This document shows positions 29,889-39,579 of a stretch of DNA of 64,000 nt, piece after piece; within the stretch, counting starts at the first letter, position 1; each line of letters starts with the position of its first letter. Source of the DNA: Candidatus Omnitrophota bacterium. GTDB lineage: Bacteria; Omnitrophota; Gorgyraeia; Zapsychrales; Fredricksoniimonadaceae. Both the position numbers and the translations under genes were made by a program. The stretch spans positions 2,411 through 66,410 of the forward strand of contig CAIVRE010000011.1 in assembly GCA_903908245.1 (NCBI GenBank), read 5' to 3'. Below the pieces are notes generated by a model. That model saw nothing but the letters and a program-made list of their open reading frames with translations, was not told where the DNA came from and did not search any database.

Positions 29889-30584
29889 ATGGCAGATCAG
29901 GTGAAGGGACAGCCCAAAGTCACTCTTATTCTTTTTACGTGGAACGAGATCGACGGCATGCGTGCGGTGATGCCGGCTATCAAGAAAGAGTGGTATGACC
30001 AGTTGATCATTGTCGACGGCGGTTCTACCGACGGGACAGTGGAGTACGCGAAAGAGAACGGATATTATATTTTTCAACAGAGCGCGCCCGGAGCCGGCGT
30101 GGCTTTCCTGGAATCCATGGCGAAAGCCACGGGGGATATCGTGGTCACGTTCAGTCCCGACGGAAATTCCATGCCGGAGAAGATCCCCGAGGTGGTGGCC
30201 AAAATGCGCGAAGGCTATGATGTTGTCATTGTTTCGCGTTATCTGGACGGCGCAAAAAGTTATGATGATGATGCGGTGACGGCTTTCGGCAACTGGCTTT
30301 TTACGACGATCATCAGCGTCCTGTTCCAGGTGCGGGTCACGGATTCGCTGGTCATGTACCGCGCCATGAGGGGTGATATTGTTGAACGGCTCGGCATTAG
30401 TACGCACACTGTGTCCTGGGGGACCCAGCTTCTGGCGCGGGCCGCGCGCAAGAAGCTGCGGATCGGCGAGATCCCCGGTGACGAGCCGGCGCGTATCGGC
30501 GGTGTCCGCAAGATGCAGCCGCTGAAGAACGGCATCGCGGAGTTGACCATGATCATCAGGGAATTCTTTAACTGGAATTATTGA
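29889..30584 (+). CDS. Glycosyltransferase family 2 (DPM1/polyprenol-phosphate glycosyltransferase-like)
   Basis: WNE, VDGGSTDGT, FSPDGNS, VSRY, EPARIGG. Confidence 0.85.
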   Translation: MADQVKGQPKVTLILFTWNEIDGMRAVMPAIKKEWYDQLIIVDGGSTDGTVEYAKENGYYIFQQSAPGAGVAFLESMAKATGDIVVTFSPDGNSMPEKIPEVVAKMREGYDVVIVSRYLDGAKSYDDDAVTAFGNWLFTTIISVLFQVRVTDSLVMYRAMRGDIVERLGISTHTVSWGTQLLARAARKKLRIGEIPGDEPARIGGVRKMQPLKNGIAELTMIIREFFNWNY

Positions 30585-30585
30585 A

Positions 30586-31554
30586 ATGTCTTTCTTCGCG
30601 GGTAAAAAGATCCTGGTGACAGGAGCGACGGGGTTCATTGGCTTCAACCTTCTGGAGCGCCTGTTGACGCAGGGGGCGCGTGTCCGTGCGGTGGTGCATT
30701 CCAGGGAAGCGGCCGTCCGTGACCCGCGGGTAGAATATGTCCGTGGGGACCTGACTCTCATGGATGATTGCCGGCGCGCGGCCAGCGGAGTTGAACTGGT
30801 GTTCCACTGTGCGGCCAGCACATCAGGCGCGGCGGTGATCGAACGGACACCTTTGGTGCATGTGACCCCGAATATCGTGATGAACGCGCAACTTCTGGAG
30901 GCGGCGTACCAGGCTGGCGTCAAAAAGTTCTTGTGGATCAGCAGTTCAACTGGTTATCCGGATACAGGTGACCGCCCGGTGGCGGAATCCGAGATGATGC
31001 GGGGGGATCCGTACGATAAATATTATCATGTCGGCTGGATGAAGCGTTACAGCGAGATCCTTTGCCGGACTTACGGCGAGAAGGTCACTCCGCCCATGAT
31101 GACCGTTGTTTTGAGGCCGACGAATATTTACGGTGAGCATGATGATTTTGACCCGCGGACATCCCATGTCTTCGCCGCGCTTGTCCGCAAGGTCATTGAA
31201 CGGCAGGCGCCTCTTGAGGTCTGGGGGACCGGCGATGATATCCGGGACCTTGTTCATGTGCAGGATCTTGTTGATGCCATGCTCATTGCCATGGAAAAGG
31301 TCCAGCGGCATGATGTTTTTAATATTGGTCTCGGGAAAGGTTATAGCGTGAAGGACCTCTTGAGGCGTATGTTGTCTGTGGAAGGGTATACACAGGCGCA
31401 GGTCGTTTTTAATTTGTCGAAGCCGACAATGATCCCCGTGCGGATGGTGGATATTTCAAAAGCGGAGAAAGTTCTGGGATTCTCGCCAAAGATCGACATT
31501 GACGACGGGATCCGCCGGACAATGGCCTGGTATAAAAAGGGAAAGGGCCTTTAG
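30586..31554 (+). CDS. NAD-dependent epimerase/reductase, GDP-fucose-synthase-like
   Basis: TGATGFIG, RPTNIYGEHDDF, SHVFAALVRK, VWGTG, RDLVHVQD. Confidence 0.85.
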   Translation: MSFFAGKKILVTGATGFIGFNLLERLLTQGARVRAVVHSREAAVRDPRVEYVRGDLTLMDDCRRAASGVELVFHCAASTSGAAVIERTPLVHVTPNIVMNAQLLEAAYQAGVKKFLWISSSTGYPDTGDRPVAESEMMRGDPYDKYYHVGWMKRYSEILCRTYGEKVTPPMMTVVLRPTNIYGEHDDFDPRTSHVFAALVRKVIERQAPLEVWGTGDDIRDLVHVQDLVDAMLIAMEKVQRHDVFNIGLGKGYSVKDLLRRMLSVEGYTQAQVVFNLSKPTMIPVRMVDISKAEKVLGFSPKIDIDDGIRRTMAWYKKGKGL

Positions 31555-31555
31555 T

Positions 31556-33112
31556 ATGCCGTTCAGCCATTTATCAACGGATGCGGATGTGATCCTGGTT
31601 TATCCAAGGACCGGCGTTGACCTTGGCGCGACCATTGCTCCGCCGCATGGGTTGCTATCCTTGGCGGCGCCTTTACTTCACAAGGGGTACAAGGTCAGGA
31701 TCATTGACCAGCGGGTCGATCCGCTGTGGCGTGCCCATTTGACAGACGCCTTGCAGAAACGCCCGGTGTGTGTGGGGATATCCACGATGACGGGCACGCA
31801 GATCGCTTTTGCCCTTGAAGCGGCGAAACTTGTCCGGGAGACTGTGGGCGGGAAAGTCCCGCTGGTGTGGGGCGGGGCCCATCCGTCGAGCCTTCCGGAA
31901 CAGACCGTTGAAAGTGAATATGTGGATATTGTCTGTTCCGGTGAAGGGGATATCACTTTTGTGGAATTGGTGGACGCGCTGGCAGGGCATAAGCCGTTGA
32001 ACGGGGTTTCGGGCATTGTATTCAAGGATGGCGGTGCGGTGGTCACGACCCCGGCGCGCCCGCTGCTGGATGTCGAGTTGCTTTTCCCGACACCCTGGGA
32101 ACTGATCGACGTCGAGAAATATATTCACCGGGATTTTTATTTAAAGAACACTTACCGCAGCATGGACATCGGGCAGACGTCCCGTGGCTGTCCCTTCCTG
32201 TGCGGGTTCTGTTCCAGCGCGAGCCTGCGCCAGCGGCGCTGGCGGGCCATGTCGATCGAAAAGTCGCTCGAGGTCATCCTGGAGCCTGTCAAAAGGTTCA
32301 AGCTCGACAGCATCTGGATACGGGATGATGAATTTTATATTTCGCCTGAACGGGTGCACGGGATCTGCGAAGGCATTATCAACAGCGGCATCAAATTGCG
32401 CTGGTATTCTTCGGGGACGCGCGTGGATGTTTTTAACCGTTCCAGTTCCGGGCTTCTGGAGATCATCAAGCGCAGCGGTGCGGATACCCTCAAACTCGGC
32501 GCCGAGTCCGGGTCGGACCGTATCCTGAAGTTGATGAACAAGGGTATTTGCCGGGCGGATACGCTTAAGGCCAACCTCAAAGCGCGTGATCACGGGATCA
32601 TTCCGGTTTACGCCCTCATCATCGGGTTCCCGACGGAGACATTCGAGGACATCCACCAGACCATTGGCCTTTTTGTTCAGCTCAAGAGGGAGAATCCCCG
32701 TGCGCAGTTCGAGCTGATCGGGGCTTATACCGCTTTGCCGAAAACGCCGCTCTATGACCTGGCCATTGAGCATGGCCTTAAACCGCCGCAACGCCTGGAA
32801 GACTGGGTTGACTGGCTTTCGGATGATTATGACCTGACCGGCCAGAAGCTTCCGTGGTTCACTGCCAGGCAGCGGGAATATATCGGGAATATTACTTACA
32901 TGAGTTTATTGGCGAATGCTTCGGGCAATGCCGTTAACAGTATCGGGGATCATTTTTTACGGAATCTTCTCAAGTTCTTTATTACACCGGTCAGTCATTT
33001 TGAGCGGTTCAAGCTGATACGCCGCTGGTATCAATGGGCGCCGGAGATGCAGGTCATCCGGCGTGTACGCCAGGCGGTCTTCTATAAGAAAGAATCTTCG
33101 GGTCCCGCGTGA
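31556..33112 (+). CDS. B12-binding radical SAM protein
   Basis: WGGAHPS, GEGD, SRGCPFLCGFC, DDEF, GAESGS. Confidence 0.9.
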   Translation: MPFSHLSTDADVILVYPRTGVDLGATIAPPHGLLSLAAPLLHKGYKVRIIDQRVDPLWRAHLTDALQKRPVCVGISTMTGTQIAFALEAAKLVRETVGGKVPLVWGGAHPSSLPEQTVESEYVDIVCSGEGDITFVELVDALAGHKPLNGVSGIVFKDGGAVVTTPARPLLDVELLFPTPWELIDVEKYIHRDFYLKNTYRSMDIGQTSRGCPFLCGFCSSASLRQRRWRAMSIEKSLEVILEPVKRFKLDSIWIRDDEFYISPERVHGICEGIINSGIKLRWYSSGTRVDVFNRSSSGLLEIIKRSGADTLKLGAESGSDRILKLMNKGICRADTLKANLKARDHGIIPVYALIIGFPTETFEDIHQTIGLFVQLKRENPRAQFELIGAYTALPKTPLYDLAIEHGLKPPQRLEDWVDWLSDDYDLTGQKLPWFTARQREYIGNITYMSLLANASGNAVNSIGDHFLRNLLKFFITPVSHFERFKLIRRWYQWAPEMQVIRRVRQAVFYKKESSGPA

Positions 33113-34581
33113 AGATCCTTCTGATCTATCCACAGTATTCGCACAGCAGTGAATTCGATTCCCGGGCGCCGTCGATGGCGCTTTTTTATCTGGCGGCGTC
33201 CCTGGAGAAACAGGGGCATACGGTCCGTGTTTTTGACGCATCGCTCGGGCCGATTACGCGGACGGGCAATGTGTTCCGTTACGGCCTGTCGCATGAAGAA
33301 GTCGCGGATGTTTTAAAAGCGGAAATTTTTGACCTGGCGGGTATCAGTTGTTCTTTTACAGCCCGTTGGCCTTTTGTGCGCAAGGTTGCGGAACAGATCA
33401 AGGAGATATATCCCGGTAAGCCGGTTTTGATCGGGGGGTTATACCCAACCTATGCCTGGGAAGATTGCCTTCGTTCCTGCCCGTCGGTCGATGTTGTCCT
33501 TTTGGGAGAAGGAGAACAAAGTTTCGGCCAGTTGGCTTCGGGGATGCAGAAGGGGCTTGGCCTTGCTGATGCCTGCAGAGGAATTGACGGTATTTCCTGG
33601 CGAAAGGCGGATATATTTCAGGTTAACCCAAAAACGAACTATATTGATGCTCTTGATGATCTGCCGTTCCCCTCGTGGCATCTGGCGGACCTGAAAACAT
33701 ATTTTCGTCTGCAGAAAAGCATTTTTGAGCTGCCGGCGCCGTGCCTGCCCATCCTTTCATCGAGAAGCTGTCCGTTCCGGTGTTCTTTCTGTAACATGTA
33801 TATTACCCATGGCCGGCGCTGGCGTGCCCGTTCGGCTGTTAATGTCCTTGATGAACTGCAGTATCTGGTGAAGACCTTTGGCGTCCGGCGGTTTTACTTT
33901 GTGGATGACAATTTCAGTATTGACCTTGAACGGGCGAAAACGATCTGCCGCGGGATCATAGATCGGAAACTCGGGATCAAGTATAATTTTCATAACGGTT
34001 TGAGCATCAAGACCATTGATCGCGAGTTGGTGGAGTTGATGAAAAAGAGCGGCTGTACGAGTGTTTGCCTGGCGATCGAATCCGGCAGCGAGCGGGTGCG
34101 CAACGCGATCTACCGCAAAGGCCTTCCGACACAAAAGATCAAGGATGTGGTCGGCTGGTTCCTTAAGGCGGGGATCCCGACCATCGGGTATTTCATGGTC
34201 GGGGCACCGGGAGAGACGAAGGACGATTTTTTGATGAGCCGGGACCTGGTGGCAACGCTTCCGCTGTCGCTGATAACAGTGGGGATCTATACGCCGTATC
34301 CGCAGACCGAATTGTATGATGAGTGCAAGAAGCGCGGCTGGCTCAAAGAGCCCGGGGCCAATGAAGAGGGGCGGGTGGAAATGTTCTCGACGATGCTGCA
34401 AACGCCGGATTTTACCGTTGATGAGGTGGGGGCCTGGCAAAAAGAGCTGTATTTAACATTCATTCGTCACCATTGGCCGACGTTGATCAGGGAGCTGGTG
34501 CGCCCTTGGGGCGTGGTTAACATGGATATGATCGGGAAGTTCCTGGGGATGATCCGGTTCCGGTCTTTTTTACGCAAATAA
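33109..34581 (+). CDS. B12-binding radical SAM protein
   Basis: GGLYPT, GEGE, SRSCPFRCSFC, DDNF, IESGS, GAPGET. Confidence 0.9.
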   Translation: MKILLIYPQYSHSSEFDSRAPSMALFYLAASLEKQGHTVRVFDASLGPITRTGNVFRYGLSHEEVADVLKAEIFDLAGISCSFTARWPFVRKVAEQIKEIYPGKPVLIGGLYPTYAWEDCLRSCPSVDVVLLGEGEQSFGQLASGMQKGLGLADACRGIDGISWRKADIFQVNPKTNYIDALDDLPFPSWHLADLKTYFRLQKSIFELPAPCLPILSSRSCPFRCSFCNMYITHGRRWRARSAVNVLDELQYLVKTFGVRRFYFVDDNFSIDLERAKTICRGIIDRKLGIKYNFHNGLSIKTIDRELVELMKKSGCTSVCLAIESGSERVRNAIYRKGLPTQKIKDVVGWFLKAGIPTIGYFMVGAPGETKDDFLMSRDLVATLPLSLITVGIYTPYPQTELYDECKKRGWLKEPGANEEGRVEMFSTMLQTPDFTVDEVGAWQKELYLTFIRHHWPTLIRELVRPWGVVNMDMIGKFLGMIRFRSFLRK

Positions 34582-34593
34582 AAGCAGGCGCGC

Positions 34594-35634
34594 ATGTTTA
34601 AATATCTTCGCTATTTTTGTTCGATCGTGGCTGGCCATGTTCTGCGCCGGGATATCCCGATCCTTGTTACTTTGTGTGTGACCCATCGTTGCAATATGCG
34701 GTGTATTTATTGTTACGGGCATTTTTACGACCGCAAGGAACCGGATATGTCGACGGAGGACATCCTTCGTTTGATCGATGAAATGGCAGCCGCGGGGACA
34801 CGTTATATTTCGCTCAACGGCGGTGAGGCTCTTTTGAGGGATGATATCGGCGTGATCGTGGACAGGATCCGGTCCAAAGGCATCCTTTGCCATTTGAGTA
34901 CGAACGGGTTATTGATCAGGAACAGGATCGATGTCTTAAGGAAGATCGATTCGCTGGCGGTCAGTATCGACGGGGTAGGCCGGGAGAACGATCTCAACCG
35001 CGGGCAGGGGACATATGCTAGGATCCTCGACGGGCTTTCTTTTCTGCGCGAACAGGGCATTCACTTTCATACGCATACGGTCATTACACGGCATAATGCG
35101 GGAGCGCTGGAGGCGATCCTGGGGCTGGCTGAAAAGTTCGGGTCCCGGGCGCAATTTAGCCTGTGCAGGGTGGCCGATTCGCCTTCCAAGGACATTGGGC
35201 TGGGGGATGAGCAGTTAAAGTGCGTTGTCCACAATATCCTTGAGTTGAAAAGACTGGGCCGCCCGGTATTCTTTTCCGGGCAGGCGTATGAAACGTACCT
35301 TTCCTGGCCGTTCTCTTATGATGTGATCAAAGTCGACGAAAAAAGCACGCCCTCGTTCCCTTCTGCTCCGCCGTGCTATGTCAAGCGGTTCTCCTGCCAT
35401 ATTGAACCTGACGGGGCCGTGTATCCCTGTATTGTATTGTCCGGTAAAGGCCCGGCGTTGAATGCCAGGAAGTCAGGCTTTGCGGAAGTCTGGCGGCAGG
35501 TCACAAAGAGCCCCTGCCGGGCGTGTTACAACATTTGTTGTAACGACCTCAATCATATCTTCAGCCTTAATTTCGATTCGATCAGGAATGCCTGTGGGGT
35601 TGTTTTGGGGCGTTTTCTTCCGGTGAAGAAATAA
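34594..35634 (+). CDS. Radical SAM protein with SPASM/twitch domain
   Basis: CNMRCIYC, GGEALL, STNG, SIDG; C-terminal CY...DGAVYPC...CRACYNICC. Confidence 0.88.
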   Translation: MFKYLRYFCSIVAGHVLRRDIPILVTLCVTHRCNMRCIYCYGHFYDRKEPDMSTEDILRLIDEMAAAGTRYISLNGGEALLRDDIGVIVDRIRSKGILCHLSTNGLLIRNRIDVLRKIDSLAVSIDGVGRENDLNRGQGTYARILDGLSFLREQGIHFHTHTVITRHNAGALEAILGLAEKFGSRAQFSLCRVADSPSKDIGLGDEQLKCVVHNILELKRLGRPVFFSGQAYETYLSWPFSYDVIKVDEKSTPSFPSAPPCYVKRFSCHIEPDGAVYPCIVLSGKGPALNARKSGFAEVWRQVTKSPCRACYNICCNDLNHIFSLNFDSIRNACGVVLGRFLPVKK

Positions 35635-35643
35635 CGGCGGGAT

Positions 35644-37938
35644 CTAAAGGGGATCCGGACGGCGCCCGAAGCCTTGTTTGAAGAGATAAAGGACCGCTCC
35701 CGCGATCATCGATATTAAAAGTAAAAGCGCCGTGATGCTCACCCATTGGACCGTTGTCCCGAAAACAAATCGTACCGTCGAGTGCCCGTAAGGGATCATG
35801 ACCGCTTTATATCCGATATTCGTTTGAATGACCGGCTGGCGCTTGCCGTTGACAAAAGCGCTCCAGTTCGGGTCGTAGGCGTCGGCGTAGTACAGGAAAC
35901 CGTTCTGCCCGGGTTTTTCTTCCAGGGCCACATCCACCACCAGTTCGTTGAAAGAGAAAGTTTTGACCTTGATGGGGGCAGAGACAGCTCTGTCATTGGA
36001 GTTGGCGAACGCCCGTGAAGATGTTATACGCAGGACGTCTTTGGGAAGGGGCTGCCCGCCTTTGTTAAGGCTCGCGGGTGTTGTGAAGATCATATTCCCG
36101 GCGAATTCCGGCAGGCAGATGATCCTGAGCAGGTCGGCATTATCCGGTGCGATATTGATGTGTGAAAAAAAGGCGATCTTGTTGCTGTTGAATCCCGAGA
36201 CAGCCTCCAGGATCTTGAACGCGTTTGGTTTGGCCACGATCGCGGCGTTATATTCCATGACCGACCTCTCGGCATAGTCGGTGCGAAAAATGGAAACGAT
36301 ATTGTCTGTGAACAGGAAAGTGTCGGTTGTGTCGTAAAGGGACCCTACCCGCGGCTCGGCGCTCAGGACAGGCAGAAGGATGGCGGAACGCCCGTTTAAG
36401 GTGTTCTTGGTGATGTCCAGGGCGCGTTGTTCGGGGAACGCGTAGGCATACGGGTCAAAGAGTTCAAGGAGGTTCTTTTCAGCGACGGGCATCCGGGTAA
36501 CGATATAGGAATAGCGGTAGAACCAGAGGTCGCAGGAGAGAAGGAGCATGATAATAAAAAAGAACATTTTTGCCTGCCGGTGCTGAAGGATGAAATACAA
36601 AGAGATCAGCGAAAGCAGGAGCAGCGCGAGGAGCCTGGCCGGAAGAAGATCAATAAAGATCCTGTCAAAAGAGGTCATGTGCCAGAACGTTTCCTGGAGC
36701 TGCAGGGCATCCCTGGAAAGCCCCTGGACCGGGATGAAAAGAAAAGCCATGGGCCAGAGTTTTTTTAATTTTGGGAACATGTCTTTTTCGAAGAATTTCG
36801 CGACGCCGAAGCCGGCGTAAAAGACCATGAACAGCTTGGCGACCGGGGCGGTCAGGCCGATGTGCCGGAAACAATTCCCCATGGGGAAAGCGTAATAGAA
36901 CGTCCGGCTTACGACGGAATCCATGCTGAACAGGAAGAGGATGCCGGCCGTACCAAGCAGGACAAGTGCGCGAGGTTCGCGCACATAGAAGATCGCGATG
37001 AGCGCAAAGAACCAGGTCAGGAATCCGCAGTAAAGATTGTTGTCGATATTCTGGTTGCCGGGGTAGCGGGTGAAAGCCGCGTCGAGTTTTCCGAAGCCGG
37101 TATGCCCGCCGTAGGTCAGGAAATTGTCCAGGGGGACGATCCCTGAATCCGAACGGGCGGCCCCCAGGTAATAGATATTGTTACGCCCGTAGATAAAATA
37201 ATAGAGCCCTATTGCGGCAACAAGAAGGAAGGCCAACAGGACGATAATATGCCTGAGGCGGATATTTTTCAGGACCCCCTCCAGGTCATGGTGTTCCATG
37301 ATGATCAGCGGTATGGCGTAAACGAGGACCACAAAGAACGTGAAGATCGAGTCTTGCGGCGGGTTATTGACAACGGATAAAAGTCCCAGTGCGAATGCAC
37401 ACAGCAGAAAGTTCGGCTGGCGGGAATCAAGCCAGCGGTGGATGGCGTATAAGAGGAGAGGCAGGAAATAAAAGTTCTGAAAATTCCACCATATTTGCGG
37501 ATACCAGATGGTGCTGCCGATCAGCGCGAAGGTGGTGAACCAGACGGGCTTGCTTGAGCGGTAATAGACTGTCCCCAGGAGAATGGTCCCGCCGAGGAAT
37601 AACATCTCGTAGCAGAATATCTGGGCGTAGACCATGTAAACGGCGTTCATTTTGATGCCGATGAACCCGAATAAATAATAGAGAGGGGAAAGAAGGTGTA
37701 AAAGGGCGGTGAAGAAATAATTCCCCGGCAGGCCGTGCGAAAGGAACGGGAACCAGAGCGGCAGGGTTTTATGCTGGACCAGTTCATTGTAATAGATGTA
37801 TTGGAGTTGAAGATACTGGAATGTGTCGTGGCTTATTGGGACGCGGTTCTGGATAATAAGACAGAAATAGGTAAGCCCCAGGAAGATACTGCCGGCAAGA
37901 AGGATCCAGTGCGTCTTACGCATGGGCGGGATCTTCAA
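35644..37938 (-). CDS. Multi-pass membrane protein, YfhO/GT-C glycosyltransferase-like
   Basis: Many TM helices. N-terminal HD...PLWFPFLSHGLP. C-terminal YADAYDPNWSAFVNG...TNIGYKAVMIPYGHSTVRFVF resembles YfhO. Confidence 0.7.
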   Translation of the reverse strand: MKIPPMRKTHWILLAGSIFLGLTYFCLIIQNRVPISHDTFQYLQLQYIYYNELVQHKTLPLWFPFLSHGLPGNYFFTALLHLLSPLYYLFGFIGIKMNAVYMVYAQIFCYEMLFLGGTILLGTVYYRSSKPVWFTTFALIGSTIWYPQIWWNFQNFYFLPLLLYAIHRWLDSRQPNFLLCAFALGLLSVVNNPPQDSIFTFFVVLVYAIPLIIMEHHDLEGVLKNIRLRHIIVLLAFLLVAAIGLYYFIYGRNNIYYLGAARSDSGIVPLDNFLTYGGHTGFGKLDAAFTRYPGNQNIDNNLYCGFLTWFFALIAIFYVREPRALVLLGTAGILFLFSMDSVVSRTFYYAFPMGNCFRHIGLTAPVAKLFMVFYAGFGVAKFFEKDMFPKLKKLWPMAFLFIPVQGLSRDALQLQETFWHMTSFDRIFIDLLPARLLALLLLSLISLYFILQHRQAKMFFFIIMLLLSCDLWFYRYSYIVTRMPVAEKNLLELFDPYAYAFPEQRALDITKNTLNGRSAILLPVLSAEPRVGSLYDTTDTFLFTDNIVSIFRTDYAERSVMEYNAAIVAKPNAFKILEAVSGFNSNKIAFFSHINIAPDNADLLRIICLPEFAGNMIFTTPASLNKGGQPLPKDVLRITSSRAFANSNDRAVSAPIKVKTFSFNELVVDVALEEKPGQNGFLYYADAYDPNWSAFVNGKRQPVIQTNIGYKAVMIPYGHSTVRFVFGTTVQWVSITALLLLISMIAGAVLYLFKQGFGRRPDPL

Positions 37939-39379
37939 TGATCCGGCGGCGCAAAGGGGTTTTGATCATATTTAAAATGTGTTCGCGGGTCTGGAGGCCG
38001 AACTTGCGTTCGATCATATCCAGATATTCCGGCCGGCTGTGGTAGCGTATAAAAGAATCATCGCGGAACTTCAGGACTTGAGCTGGAGAAAGTTCCCGGC
38101 TGCCCATGGGGATACATTCGTAGCCGTAAAGGGAGTATTCTTTCCAGGTCTTTGGGATCTTGAGCTGGTTGAAAAGGACAGTGCCGGGGTAGGCGAAGAC
38201 CGGGTATATATTGGCCCATTCGAAATTGTAACGGACCAGGAAGTCGTAGGTTTGCTGCATGGTGTTGGCCGTTTCTTCCCAAAGCCCGCAAACGACATCG
38301 GCACAAATGGAAAGGCCTTCTTCCTGGGTATCCCGAATAACGCGGTCCACATCGGTATCATGGATCCCTTTGCGGGCGTCTTTTAACAGGGCTGCTGCCG
38401 AGGATTCGAAACCATAGGAGATCCAGTTCAGCCCGACTTTCTTGAGGCGTTTGAGCAGGCGGCGGTTGATGGTGTCAACGCGTGAATAGGCCCACATATT
38501 GAGATCGTAACCTTTGGGCTCCAGGAGGTCGCAGAATTCATCCATGCGTTTGTCATTCACTACGAAAAGTTCGTCGAGGATCTTGATGTGGCGGACGCCG
38601 TATTTTTCCCTCAGCAGGCTTATCTCGTCGACAACATTGGCCATGCTGCGGAAGCGCTGGGTGCGTTTTCCAAAAAGATTATTGATGGAACAGAAATTGC
38701 ACGAGAACGGACAGCCGAAGCTGGTCCAGACAATGGCGTAAGGGGTGCGGTGGTCCAGGTCGCCGAACGTGTGCCAGTTGTGCGCGCGGTAATTCGCGGG
38801 CTTCATAAGCTCCCAGTCGATCGGGGGGAGCGTGTTCAGGTCATTCAAGAGGACGGCATCCGGTGTCTGATGATACCCGGCTTGCGCGTCAAGATAGGAA
38901 ATCCCGGGGATATTGTCGACCGGAAGTCTTTCTTTAACAGAGCGGAATAAAGCCGGAATGGTTTCCCAGCCTTCATTGCGGACGACAAAGTCGGCGCCTG
39001 TTTCCCGCAGGGTCCTCTCCGGCAGTACTGTCGGATGCGGGCCCCAGACAAATGTTTTCAGTCCGGTGTTGCGGGCGTTGAACTTTTCATAGAATGCGTT
39101 GACCCCGGCCATCGCCATGGTGGAAGACGCCGGGTTGGCGCCCGTGCAGATAACGCCGGTGAGCGCCGGTTTCTTTGTTTCGATGATGGCGATCAACTCG
39201 TCGATAAGGATATTGTCGACGTCAGCTTCAATGATCTCAACGTGAAGGCCTTTGGCTTTAAGGGAACTGTTCAAAAGCCCTTGCTGGATGTTGGGAGGGA
39301 CTGAAGAATATACGTCGGAAGTGGCGGCGTAAAGGTCTTTTTTGAAATTGATCGTTGTCAGCAGAATGAGGTCGTTCAT
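37916..39379 (-). CDS. B12-binding radical SAM protein
   Basis: WGPHPT, NEG, SFGCPFSCNFC, DELF, YGFES, YPGT. Confidence 0.9.
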   Translation of the reverse strand: MNDLILLTTINFKKDLYAATSDVYSSVPPNIQQGLLNSSLKAKGLHVEIIEADVDNILIDELIAIIETKKPALTGVICTGANPASSTMAMAGVNAFYEKFNARNTGLKTFVWGPHPTVLPERTLRETGADFVVRNEGWETIPALFRSVKERLPVDNIPGISYLDAQAGYHQTPDAVLLNDLNTLPPIDWELMKPANYRAHNWHTFGDLDHRTPYAIVWTSFGCPFSCNFCSINNLFGKRTQRFRSMANVVDEISLLREKYGVRHIKILDELFVVNDKRMDEFCDLLEPKGYDLNMWAYSRVDTINRRLLKRLKKVGLNWISYGFESSAAALLKDARKGIHDTDVDRVIRDTQEEGLSICADVVCGLWEETANTMQQTYDFLVRYNFEWANIYPVFAYPGTVLFNQLKIPKTWKEYSLYGYECIPMGSRELSPAQVLKFRDDSFIRYHSRPEYLDMIERKFGLQTREHILNMIKTPLRRRIIEDPAHA

Positions 39380-39441
39380 AAATATTGCGGTTATATTAAC
39401 ATGAGTAAAATTTTCCCGGAAGCACTATTTCCAGATTTATA

Positions 39442-39470
39442 CCTTCCTTCATCCCGGGGATGAAGGAGGG
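39442..39470. repeat. GC-rich inverted repeat (hairpin) in divergent intergenic region
   Basis: CCTTCCTTCATCC-CGG-GGATGAAGGAGGG. Confidence 0.7.
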
Positions 39471-39579
39471 GGAATGCCTCTTGTTTGGAAAAATAGTCTT
39501 GTTTGTTGCTGTATAGTTTTGTATGCTCTTTTTTCAGAGGATTTAACGGAGATCAGGGATCATTAGGTAAAGGCGTGCC

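Noticed and set aside
28967-30923. 307-aa and 365-aa minus-strand ORFs
   Set aside because: Antisense to SDR, GT2 and epimerase genes that have clear motifs.
22756-35634. RiPP cluster interpretation of the SPASM radical SAMs
   Set aside because: No room for a precursor peptide between the abutting genes, no peptidase, transporter or PqqD-like domain seen, and the neighbours are sugar enzymes.
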